From an uncultured Chloroflexia bacterium (GTDB lineage Bacteria; Chloroflexota; Limnocylindria; Limnocylindrales; CSP1-4), in the NCBI GenBank assembly GCA_963720495.1, contig CAVRFU010000014.1, positions 14,844-78,843 on the forward strand: 64,000 nucleotides of DNA. Direction: 5' to 3'. Within the stretch, counting starts at the first letter, position 1, and every line of letters starts with the position of its first letter. The translations under genes and the position numbers were made by a program. This document shows, piece by piece, positions 8,775-20,694 of this stretch. The notes under the pieces are model-generated. The model was not told the DNA's origin. It made no database searches and saw nothing but the letters and a program-made list of their open reading frames with translations.

Positions 8775-9584
8775 ATGGCGACCGTCATCTCCTGTCCATC
8801 CGTCAGGCTGCGGGTCGATCTGCTCGGCCGCCTCGATGCGCGGACGGCGGACGGCCGGCCCATCCGGCTCACCGGCCGGCACGCCCAGGCACTCTTCGCC
8901 CTGCTCGTGCTGGCCCGCCGGCCGCGCTCCCGGGAAGCCATCGCCGCGGACCTGTGGCCGGACGCGGACGGGACATCCGCCGGCTCGCTGCGCCAGGCGC
9001 TCTGGCTGGTCCGGCAGGGCCTGGCCGACGCGGGGTTCGGCGCCGGGGCCGTCCTGGACATCGAGGCGGACACGGTCGGGATCCGGCTGGACGCGTCGAT
9101 CGACCTCGACGTCGACCGGTTCGAGGCGATGACCACCGACGCCCTGGGGGCCGAGGCCGCCGTCGAGCTCTACCACGGCGACCTGCTCGAGGGGCTCGGA
9201 CACGAGTGCTTCGCGGCGGAGCGGGAGCGCCTGTCGGACCGGTTCGAGGACGCCCTGGCGATCGTCGCGGAACGGCGCCTGGCCGACGGCGACGCGGCCG
9301 GTGCGCAGGCCGCGGCCGACCGGCTGCTCGAACGCGATCCCCTGCGCGAGGAGGCCCACGCGGTGCTCATCGCCGTCCACGGCCTCATCGGCTCGCGATC
9401 GCAGGTCGTCCGCCAGTACCGGCGCCTCCACGACGTCCTGTCGCGCGAGCTCGACGAGACGCCGTTGCCGGACACCGAGGCGATCTACCGCCTGGCCCTC
9501 GACCAGACCATGCGCCGGGCGACGGAACGGGCGGCGGAGCTCGATGCGGAGCGAAGCCCGCAGCTCCGGGCCGTCCGCGGCTGA
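8775..9584 (+). CDS. Small SARP/AfsR-type transcriptional activator (winged HTH + BTAD)
   Basis: LLGRL, SREAIAADLWP, SLRQALW, DVDRFE, LYHGDLLEG, DPLREEAH. Confidence 0.85.
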   Translation: MATVISCPSVRLRVDLLGRLDARTADGRPIRLTGRHAQALFALLVLARRPRSREAIAADLWPDADGTSAGSLRQALWLVRQGLADAGFGAGAVLDIEADTVGIRLDASIDLDVDRFEAMTTDALGAEAAVELYHGDLLEGLGHECFAAERERLSDRFEDALAIVAERRLADGDAAGAQAAADRLLERDPLREEAHAVLIAVHGLIGSRSQVVRQYRRLHDVLSRELDETPLPDTEAIYRLALDQTMRRATERAAELDAERSPQLRAVRG

Positions 9585-9659
9585 GCCCCGGTATCCGGGG
9601 GCCGGGCCGGAACCATCCGGCGCCGGGAACGTCCTTCAGGCATGCGCTACCCTCCGGCC

Positions 9660-10064
9660 ATGTCCGCCATCCGGTTCGTCCTCGTCGCCGCCCTGGTCGT
9701 CGTGGCCGGCTGTTCGGCCGCATCGTCATCGCCCGGCCAGGGCTCGCTGACGCCGTCGAGCGAGCAGCCCGGCGCAAGCCAGCCCGCAGGCTCTGGCACG
9801 TCCGGCCTTCCCGCCACGATCACCGACCCGATCATCGTGGACGTCGCGGGGCTCGCGGGCGTCGCGATCGACGGCGTGACGCTGGTGTCGGCCGAGGCGG
9901 TCACGTTCCCGGATGGCAGCCTCGGCTGCCCGGAACCGGGCATGGCCTACTCGCAGGTCGTGACCGATGGCTACAAGATCGTCCTGACCGCGGGTGGCAA
10001 GACGTACGACTACCGGGGGACCGGCCCGGGCACCTTCCGTCGCTGCACGAACCCCCCGAGCTGA
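9660..10064 (+). CDS. Putative lipoprotein
   Basis: Hydrophobic signal ending in lipobox VAGC; Ser/Pro linker; conserved-looking FPDGSLGCPEPGMAY domain. Confidence 0.75.
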   Translation: MSAIRFVLVAALVVVAGCSAASSSPGQGSLTPSSEQPGASQPAGSGTSGLPATITDPIIVDVAGLAGVAIDGVTLVSAEAVTFPDGSLGCPEPGMAYSQVVTDGYKIVLTAGGKTYDYRGTGPGTFRRCTNPPS

Positions 10065-10081
10065 CCGGCCCGCCGGCCGGG

Positions 10082-10133
10082 AACGAGAAACGGCCTCAAC
10101 GAGAAACGGCCTCGGCGGTGCCGAGGCCGTTTC
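10082..10133. terminator. Bidirectional terminator hairpin with a duplicated left arm
   Basis: 14-bp stem 10103-10116/10120-10133; AACGAGAAACGGCCTC tandem twice (10082-10113); lies between convergent genes. Confidence 0.7.
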
Positions 10134-10150
10134 GCTGATCGTGCGGGTGG

Positions 10151-10435
10151 CTAGTTGCGGTGGATCTTGATCGGCACCGACAGCGCGCTCGGCGCGGTCG
10201 GTGGTCCGAGCTGGAGCTCACCGAAGTAGTCCTGTCCGGCGGTCATCGCCTTCGAGAACGCGACGTGGATGGTGACCACCGTCCCGGCCGGGACCGCGCC
10301 GGCGGGACACCGCTCACGGTCATGTCGGTGCCCTGGATGGCGTCGATCGTGAGCGGGAAGGTGGGCGTCCCGGTCACGGCGAAGCCCTGCACCCAGGCCT
10401 GGTAGTTCCCGTCGCCGGGGGCGACCAGGGTGAAG
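10151..10435 (-). pseudogene. Orphan 3' fragment of a secreted beta-sandwich protein (PPC-like or S8-peptidase tail)
   Basis: Reads FTLVAPGDGNYQAWVQGFAVTGTPTFPLTIDAIQGTDMTVSGVP, one indel, then GTVVTIHVAFSKAMTAGQDYFGELQLGPPTAPSALSVPIKIHRN*; native codon bias; no start codon at its 5' end. Confidence 0.6.
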
Positions 10436-10558
10436 CCTCTCCCTGGACGACCGTCGCGATCGGAGGCCGAAAGTACTCCCGGGCCGATGCGCGGGTCAAC
10501 GGTCCGGTGGCGGTCCGCCGTCGCCGCCGGTGCCTCGACGCACCGCGGACTCGGCGCC

Positions 10559-11521
<963 letters not shown>

Positions 11522-11651
11522 TCATTGTAGGACCGGCACCGCGGATGGTCGTCGTTCATGGGGTGGCCGGATGGACGGTCGTCGATGGTGGCGGACCCGG
11601 TCGGCGCGCGACCCTCGTGCCTGACCACCTCACCCACCAGGAGTCCCGACC

Positions 11652-11819
11652 GTGACGCTCACCCCCGGCCTCACCCTGCTTGGTCTCGTCCTCGTCCTCG
11701 CCTCGATCCCGCTCGCGTTCAGCCTCGGCCCGCTCGTGATCGGCGCGATCATCCTGGTCTACGCCGTGCGGCGTGCCCACCTCGAGCTCGCCGAGCCGCC
11801 GTCCGTCAGCCTCACCTGA
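11652..11819 (+). CDS. 55-aa two-TM small membrane protein missed by the ORF track
   Basis: AGGAG RBS, GTG 11652, MTLTPGLTLLGLVLVLASIPLAFSLGPLVIGAIILVYAVRRAHLELAEPPSVSLT*. Confidence 0.65.
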   Translation: MTLTPGLTLLGLVLVLASIPLAFSLGPLVIGAIILVYAVRRAHLELAEPPSVSLT

Positions 11820-11829
11820 CGCCGAAGGG

Positions 11830-13429
11830 TCAGCCGGCGGCGTCCGCCCCGGGTGCGCCCGGCCCGGCGGCCGCGATGGCCGGGGGCACGCCGTCGGCGA
11901 AGGCCGCGAAGTTGGCCCGCGAACATCGCCGCCAGCCGGGTCGCGGCCGCGTCGTAGGCGGCCGGGTCGGACCACGTCCCGCGCGGGTCGAGGAACGCGT
12001 CCGGCACGTCCGGGCAGTGGAGCGGCACGGCCAGCCCGAAGTTGGGATCGAGCCGGGTCGGCACCGTCGCGAGCGCGCCGTCGAGGGCGGCCCGGACCAT
12101 GGCCCGGGTGTGGGCGATGTTCATCCGCTCGCCGACCCCGTACGGCCCGCCGGTCCAGCCGGTGTTGACCAGCCAGACCGGGACGTCGTCCCGCTCCAGC
12201 CGCTCGACGAGCATCGCCGCGTACTCGCCCGGGTGGCGCGGCATGAACGGCGCCCCGAAGCAGGCCGAGAACGTCGCGGTCGGCTCCTTGACGCCGACCT
12301 CGGTGCCGGCCAGCTTGGCCGTGTAGCCGCTGATGAAGTGATAGGCCGCCTGTTCGCGGGTGAGCCGCGAGATCGGCGGCAGCACGCCGAACGCGTCGGC
12401 GGTCAGGAAGACGACCGCCCGCGGCGTGCCGGCGATCCCGGTCTCGTCGGCGTTGCCGATGAAGTCGAGCGGGTAGGCGCCCCGGGTGTTCTCGGTGAAG
12501 CGCTCCGAGTCGAGGTCGAGCTCGCGCGTCCGTGGGTCGAGGTCGACGTTCTCGAGGACCGTCCCGAAGCGGCGCGTCGTCTGGAAGATGTCGGGCTCGT
12601 ACATCGGCGACAGGCGGATGGTCTTGGCGTAGCAGCCGCCCTCGAAGTTGAACGTGACGCCGTCGCCCCAGCCGTGCTCGTCATCGCCGATCAGGCTCCG
12701 GCGCGGGTCGGCGGAGAGGGTCGTCTTGCCCGTCCCCGAGAGCCCGAAGAAGACCGCCGCGTCGCCGTCCTGGCCGATGTTGATGGCCGAGTGCATCGGC
12801 AGCACGCCCTCGTCGGGCATCAGGTAGTTCATGACCGTGAACGCGCTCTTCTTGATCTCGCCGGCGTACTCGGTGCCGACGATCAGGATCTCCATCCGGC
12901 GCAGGTGGACCAGGATGGCCGTCCCGGTGCGCGTCCCCTCGGTCTCGGGGTCGGCCTGGAACGAGGGCACGCAGATGATCGTGAAGTTGGGGGCGAAGTC
13001 GCGGAGCCCCTCCGCGCTCGGTCGGCGGAACAGGTTGCGCGAGAACATGCTCGCCCAGGCGGTCTCGGTGTAGACCCGCAGCGACCGCCGGTGGGCGGGC
13101 GCGGCGCCGATGAAGCAGTCCTGGCTGTACAGGTCCTTCGACGCCGCGTACTCGACGAGGCGCGCCCGGAGGCGATCGTAGTTCGCCTCGGAGATCGGGC
13201 GGTTGACCTTGCCCCACCAGATCGCCGCATGGCTCGATGGCTCGTCGACGATGAACTTGTCCTCGGGCGACCGGCCGGTGTGCTTGCCGGTCCGGACGAC
13301 GAGGGGCCCGTCGGCCGCGAGGAGGCCCTCGCCGTGGCGGATGGCGTCCTCGTACAGCTCGGCGGTGGACAGGTTGGCCCTGACGGAACGGCCCAGGGCG
13401 GGGCGCTTGGTCGGCGCGGTGGTGGCCAT
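11830..13429 (-). CDS. pckA: Phosphoenolpyruvate carboxykinase (ATP)
   Basis: HTGRSPEDK, YAGEIKK, GLSGTGKTTLS, IGDDEHGW, NFEGGCYAK; indel near 11915, restored frame ends NFAAFADG...DAAG* at 11830. Confidence 0.95.
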
Positions 13430-13642
13430 CTGCGGTGGACTCCCGGTGCACAGGCGATCACGGTGATCGACCGGCCGCGCGTGATGCGGGCCCCAAGGCT
13501 CGCAGGAGTCGGCTTCCGCAGTCGTGTTCCGGCGATGCTAGCACGTTGCGGGCGGGTTGCGAAGCGGGACCTCCGTCCGCAACCTTGGGACCCGATCGGC
13601 CATGCCGGTGGTGCCGATAAGCACCAGGTGACCGACCCGGGG

Positions 13643-14155
13643 TAGACTCCCGTCCGAGCGATCCGTCCTGAGTGCCCGCCACACGCGCGGCGCGACAACG
13701 GGTCGACGGTCTCGCCGACGCGCCGTGCGCGAGAGCTGGACCCGCGGACGCCGGGTTCGTCCGCATCGACCGTCCCGGGCCGTCGACCGACGGTACCCGA
13801 TGCGGTCGCGTCGATCGTCGTCATGCGATCGCATGGTCCAGCCGCCCGCGATGGGTCGCGACCCGTCGTGTCGCCCGCGGTGCCCCGCCGGCCGTCGTCC
13901 AGATCCCTGGACGTTCCGGGAAGCCCCAGCTTCCCTCGCGCCCCGTCGCCGCCCCAGGCCGCCCCGTATCCGTCGCCGCCGCAGGCCGCCCCGTATCCGT
14001 CGCCGCCCCTCGCCGCCCCGTCACCCCAGCGCTCATCGCGGTCGTCCCGCGATGTCCCGGCAGAGAGGAGCTCCATTTGTCCGCCCGGTCCCACGGCGCC
14101 CAGCGGGCGTCAGTCCGAACCCCCCGATGCCGCCCGCGCGGCGCCGCATCGGAGG
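13643..14155 (+). ncRNA. Candidate long structured leader or ncRNA
   Basis: TAGACT -10 at 13643; nested helices 13692-13705/13859-13874 and 13735-13742/13835-13842; hairpins 13744-13764, 13896-13913, 13918-13935, 14034-14054, 14124-14152. Confidence 0.35.
13943..14023. repeat. 27-bp tandem repeat, three copies
   Basis: Units of about CCGTCGCCGCC(C/G)CAGGCCGCCCCGTAT at 13943, 13970 and a degenerate third at 13997. Confidence 0.85.
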
Positions 14156-14163
14156 CCTGAACC

Positions 14164-14544
14164 ATGCCCGATGCCGCCTACTATCGAGCCTGGCGCGCCG
14201 CCCACCCCGAATACCGCGCCCGCCAGAACCACCTCCGCAACGAGCGTCGCAGACGCCACGGACGGGGCGACCGAACCGCCGAATACGCCCGGCGCCTCAG
14301 CCGCGCGATCCCGTCGGTGCCCGGCCTGCACCTCGGCCATGACCTCTTCGAGCAGGCCCGCCGCATCGTCGGTCCGAGACGGACCGGGCTGACGACCCTG
14401 TACGACCCGCTGTACGACGACCTGCTGTCGGAGGCGACGCTGGCTCTCCTCGAGGGTCGCGATCCGGCCGATGCCATCCGGCATTACCGAACCAGTGAAC
14501 AGGTCTTCGGTCGGGTCACGCGTCCGCTGGACGAGGCCGCCTGA
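14164..14544 (+). CDS. Hypothetical 126-aa protein with an Arg-rich N-terminus
   Basis: GGAGG RBS at 14151; protein-like composition; followed by a strong hairpin. Confidence 0.7.
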   Translation: MPDAAYYRAWRAAHPEYRARQNHLRNERRRRHGRGDRTAEYARRLSRAIPSVPGLHLGHDLFEQARRIVGPRRTGLTTLYDPLYDDLLSEATLALLEGRDPADAIRHYRTSEQVFGRVTRPLDEAA

Positions 14545-14546
14545 CC

Positions 14547-14593
14547 CGAGCCGCCCGCCCGCGTTGACAGAGCGGGCGGGCGGCTCGTAGCAT
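14547..14593 (+). promoter_or_regulatory. 16-bp hairpin overlapping the sigma70 promoter of the SAM riboswitch operon
   Basis: Stem 14547-14562/14572-14587; TTGACA (14564-14569) in the loop; TAGCAT 14588-14593 with an 18-bp spacer. Confidence 0.7.
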
Positions 14594-14611
14594 CCGCACA
14601 CAACCGAAGAG

Positions 14612-14715
14612 CTCTTATCAAGAGTGGCAGAGGGACCGGCCCGATGAAGCCACGACAACCTACCGACGAATCGGCAAGGTGCCAAGTCCGGGCAGGTCCT
14701 CCTGCACGATAAGGG
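14612..14715 (+). ncRNA. SAM-I riboswitch (S-box)
   Basis: CTTATCAAGAG...GAGGGACCGGCCCGATGAAGCC...CAACC...GGTGCCAAGTCC...GATAAG matches the S-box consensus; P1 is CTTATC/GATAAG. Confidence 0.93.
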
Positions 14716-14800
14716 AACCTCCCTTCGGAGACCCCCTTTCTGTCCAAGGCGGTCGCCCATCCCCGGTCCCGCGGCAGCTCCCGTATGCCCCGGAGAACCC

Positions 14801-16113
14801 ATGGCGATCGAGATCCTCCCCACCCCGGCAACCGCCCCGCCGACAGAGCGGATCCGTGGCCTGCGCTGTCGCGACTGCGGCGCCACCCAGCCGATCGGGC
14901 TGTCGTACGTCTGTCCGAGCTGTTTCGGGCCGCTCGAGGTCGACTACGACTACGCGGTCGTCGGAGCCACGCTCACCCGCGAGACGATCGCCGGCGCGCG
15001 CGCCCGGGATCTGGCGATACGCCGAGCTGCTGCCGGTCGACGCGCCACCGACGCGCGGGCTGCCGGTCGGATCCACGCCGCTCCTCGCCGCCGATCGCCT
15101 CGCCGCCGGCCCTCGGGCTCGACCAGCTCTGGATCAAGGACGACACGCGCAACCCGTCGCTGAGCTTCAAGGACCGCGCGGTCGCCGTGGCGGCGGCCCG
15201 GGCGGTCGCCTTCGGGGTCGAGGCCCTGGCCTGCGCCTCGACCGGCAACCTGGCCGGCGCCACCGCCGCCGCCGCGGCCGTCCTCGGGCTGCCGGCGTAC
15301 GTGTTCATCCCGGCCGACCTCGAGCCGGCCAAGATCGATCACGCGCTGGCCTACGGCGCGACCGTCGTCCCGATCGACGGCACCTACGACGACGTCAACC
15401 GGCTCTGTCTCGAGGTCGCCGACGAGACCGGCTGGGGCTTCGTCAACATCAACCTGCGGCCGTTCTACGCCGAGGGCTCCAAGACGCTCGCGTACGAGAT
15501 CGCCGAGTCGCTCGGCTGGCGCTCGCCGGACGTCGATCGTCGCGCCGGTCGCGTCGGGGGCGATGTTCACCCGGGTCGCGCGCGGCTTCGAGGAGCTGGT
15601 CGAGCTCGGCCTCATCGCCCGCCGCCCGATCCGGTTCGTCGGCGGCCAGGCCGCCGGCTGCGCGCCCGGTCGCCACGGCGTGGGCGGCCGGCACGGACGT
15701 CATCGAGCCGGTCCGGACGCCGGACACGATCGTCCGCTCGCTCGCCATCGGCAACCCGGCCGACGGCCGCTACGCGGTCGGGCTCGCCAACGACACGGGT
15801 GGGTCGATCGAGGCGATCGAGGACACGGTCACCGCCGAGGCCATCCGGGACGTCGCCCGGCTCGAGGGCATCTACCCGGAGACGGCCGGCGGCGTGACCC
15901 TGGCCGCGGCCGCCGCGGCCCGCCGGCGCGGCGTGATCCGGCGACGGCGACGAGGTCGTGGCGCTGCTCACCGGGAACGGCCTCAAGACGCCCGACGCCC
16001 GCTCGCTCGGGCTCGGCGATGGGGTCGCCCGACCCGGCCAGCCCGGGCTCGCTCCGGTCATCCGACCCAGCCTGTCCGCCTTCGAGCGCTGGCTCGAGGG
16101 GGACGCGTCGTGA
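14801..16113 (+). CDS. Threonine-synthase-like PLP enzyme, probably MetM-type homocysteine synthase; frameshifted in this sequence
   Basis: N-terminal CxxC/CxxC, NPSLSFKDR (PLP Lys), CASTGNLA, EGSKTLAYE, SLAIGNPADG, LLTGNGLKT, spread across frames. Confidence 0.85.
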
Positions 16114-16384
16114 GCACGGTGCGGATCCCGCCGACGCTCCGGACGGCGACCGGTGGCGAGAAGCGCGTCGACGGTCGATGGAGCGACCGTCCGCGAGCGT
16201 CGTGACCGCGCTCGTCGTGGAGCACCCGGGTCTCGAGGCCCAGCTCATCGGCCAGGACGGCGACCTCAACCCGTTCGTCAACGCGTTCCTCAACGACACG
16301 GACATCCGGCACCTGGAGGGCCTGGACACGCCGGTCACCGATCGGGACACGCTGTCGCTGCTGCCGGCGATGGCCGGCGGCTGA
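16110..16384 (+). CDS. MoaD/ThiS/CysO-family ubiquitin-like sulfur carrier; one frameshift
   Basis: GTGA overlap with the upstream stop; VRIPPTLR...FVNAFLNDTDIRHLEGLDT...LPAMAGG* with C-terminal Gly-Gly. Confidence 0.88.
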
Positions 16385-16406
16385 CCCTCAGCCCGCGGCC
16401 AACCGG

Positions 16407-16522
16407 GTGCGTCCACCGGACGCACGATCGCGACAGCCGAGCGTGACGGCGGCGATTCGCGCTCGCGTGACGAATCCGGCGCGGACCACGCTCGGCCATC
16501 GGAATCGCGTCTCAGGACGCGC
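16407..16522. repeat. Cluster of palindromes (REP-like) between convergent operons
   Basis: GTGCGTCC/GGACGCAC; GCCGAGCGTG/CACGCTCGGC enclosing GATTCG/CGAATC; CGCGTC/GACGCG. Confidence 0.45.
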
Positions 16523-16548
16523 GGCCGAGGCGGTCGCCTGCGCTGGCT

Positions 16549-18327
<1,779 letters not shown>

Positions 18328-19758
18328 TCAGTGCCGGCCGTCGCGGCGATGGGCCAGGTACTCGAGCACGTCGAGCCGGGTGACGACGCCGACCGGGCGC
18401 TCGCCGCTCGTCGCGATGACGGCCGACGAGCCATCGGACAGCAGCGCGAACGCCTCGTCGAGGCTCGCGTCGAGACGTCGACGAGCGGCAGCGGCCGGTC
18501 CATCACCTCGCCGACGGTCCGCTCGACGATCGACGGGTCGCGGAAGGCCCGGTCGAGCAGGCCCTTCTCGGTGATCGAGCCGACGATGCCCTCGAGCGCG
18601 TCGTCGTCGGGCCGCTCCGAGACCGGCAGCTGGCTGATCCCGATACTCCTGGAGGATCGCGATGGCCTCGCCGACCCGCTGGGTCGTCCGGGCGATGACG
18701 AGGTCCGGCAGCGGCCCGGCGTGGTGCCGGTCGTCGAGGAGGTCGTCGACGCGGATGACGGCGCCGGTCGTCGCCAGCAGGCCGTTGACCCGCATCCACT
18801 CGTCGTTGTAGATCTTGGACAGGTAGCTCCGGCCGCTGTCGGGCAGCAGCACGACGACGACGCCGTCGCGCCCCGTCGGGCGTCGCCGCCAGCTCGCGGA
18901 CGACCTGCAGCGCGGCGACCATCGCGGTCCCGCACGAGCCGCCCGGCGAGGATCCCCTCCTCGCGGGTGAGCCGGCGGGCCATCGCGAACGCGTCGCGGT
19001 CGCTGACGCGGACCCAGCGGTCGATGACCGACGGGTCGTAGGTGCCCGGGACGAAGTCCTCCCCCACTCCCTCGGTCAGGTACGGCCGGGCGGTGTCGCC
19101 GGACAGGACGCTGCCTTCCGGGTCCGCCCCGATCGACCTGGATCGCCGGATTGCGCGCCTTGAGCACGCGCGCGGCGCCGGAGATCGTCCCGCCCGTGCC
19201 CGACGCTCGCGACGAAGTGGGTGATCCGGCCGTCGGTCTGGTCCCACAGCTCCGGACCGGTCGTCCGCTCGTGGGCGGCCGGGTTCTCCGGCGTTCCAGT
19301 ACTGGTCGGGCTTGAACGCACCGGGGATGTCGCGGGCGAGACGCGCCGCCACCGAGTAGTAGCTCTCGGGCGACTCGGGCGCGACGTTGGTCGGGCACAG
19401 CACGACCTCGGCGCCGTACGCCCGCAGGAGCTGCTGCTTCTCGGACGACTGCTTGTCGGCCATGACGAAGATGCAGCGGTAGCCCTTGAGCGCGGCCGCG
19501 ATCGCCAGGCCGTGACCGGTGTTGCCGGACGTCGGCTCGATGATCGTGCCGCCCGGCTTGAGCAGGCCGGCGCGTTCGGCCGCCTCGATCATCGGCAGCC
19601 CGATCCGGTCCTTGACCGAGCCGCCCGGGTTGAGCATCTCGAGCTTGGCGAGCAGGAGCGGCTGGCGGTCGCGCCGGGCCGAGATCGCCGGTCAGTCGCG
19701 TGATCCGGACGAGCGGGGTCTCGCCGACCAGGTCGAGGATCGACTCGGCGTACTGCAT
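18328..19758 (-). CDS. cbs: Cystathionine beta-synthase with a C-terminal CBS pair; frameshifted
   Basis: [49 protein letters not shown], then CBS domains. Confidence 0.9.
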   Translation of the reverse strand: MQYAESILDLVGETPLVRITRLTGDLGPARPPAAPARQARDAQPGRLGQGPDRAADDRGGRTRRPAQAGRHDHRADVRQHRSRPGDRGRAQGLPLHLRHGRQAVVREAAAPAGVRRRGRAVPDQRRARVARELLLGGGASRPRHPRCVQARPVLERRRTRPPTSGRPVRSCGTRPTAGSPTSSRASGTGGTISGAARVLKARNPAIQVDRGGPGRQRPVRRHRPAVPDRGSGGGLRPGHLRPVGHRPLGPRQRPRRVRDGPPAHPRGGDPRRAARAGPRWSPRCRSSASWRRRPTGRDGVVVVLLPDSGRSYLSKIYNDEWMRVNGLLATTGAVIRVDDLLDDRHHAGPLPDLVIARTTQRVGEAIAILQEYRDQPAAGLGAARRRRARGHRRLDHREGPARPGLPRPVDRRADRRRGDGPAAAARRRLDASLDEAFALLSDGSSAVIATSGERPVGVVTRLDVLEYLAHRRDGRH

Positions 19759-19807
19759 CGCGGCCGAGTATACGGGTGGACCTCCCGACCGGACGGCCGG
19801 CGCCGGC

Positions 19808-20693
19808 TCAGCCGTCCCGATCGAGCCGGCCGGGCCGGAGCAGCAGCCAGGTCAGGCGCTTGCAGTCGCCGCGGATGCTCGGGCGGATCGATCGTCCCCG
19901 GGTAGAGCTCCTCGACGGCCGGGTCCGAGGATCGCCGCCAGGGCGTCGCTCATCCGGCGCGCCGTGTCGAGCTCCTCGCGCGATCCGGGCGGCGGCAGGG
20001 CCGCATCCGGTGCCAGACCGGCGAGGGCGCGCGCCGACGTGACCGGCAGGACCCGCGAGGCCATCCGGCGGCCGAGGTACAGCTCCTCGGTGCCGGCGAT
20101 CGCCAGCGGCACGATCGGCGCGTCCGTGCGCAGGGCGATGACCGCCCAGCCGGTGCGGAACGGTCCGATCCGTCCGGCTGGTCCGCTGACGGTGCCCTCC
20201 GGCATCTGGGCGAAGACCGCCCGTTGGCGATGACGGCCCGCGCCGACGCGACGTGCTGGTCGATCCCGACCCCGCCGCGCCAGACCGGCAGAAGCCCGCC
20301 GACGCGATGGATGAGCCGCTCGCGCCAGCGCGACGTGAAGGTCGACGGTGCGCTGCCGAGGAACCAGGCCCGCGGCTGCGCCGGGATCGCGTGCATCACG
20401 ACGAACGGATCCATCCAGCCGCGGTGCGCCGCCGCGACCAGGAGGTAGCCGCCGCGCGGCAGGTGCTCCTGCCCGGATGTCGCGATCTGGAACCGGAAGA
20501 CGCCGAAGATGAGGAAACGCCCGACGAGACGGAGCAGCCGATACAGGATCGACGCCTTCGCCTCGGGCGGCCGGCCGAGCCAGGCCAGGCCCTCGACGGC
20601 GCCGCCGCGCCCCGCCGCGAGCGCCTCGGGCGAGACGCGACCGGGCGGTGGCCGGCGCCGGCCGCTGTCGGGCGACGGCTCGGGACCGGTCAT
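19808..20693 (-). CDS. Lysophospholipid acyltransferase (PlsC family); frameshifted
   Basis: HRGWMD (HxxxxD), MPEGT, PIVPLAIAG. Confidence 0.8.
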
Positions 20694-20694
20694 C

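Noticed and set aside
13943-14023. Repeats as a CRISPR array
   Set aside because: The units are directly adjacent with no unique spacers, and there are no cas genes.
12883-14094. Minus-strand 403-aa ORF with GGDGYGAA repeats
   Set aside because: It runs through the pckA promoter and overlaps pckA out of frame, with poor codon bias; not called, although a short coding region cannot be fully excluded.
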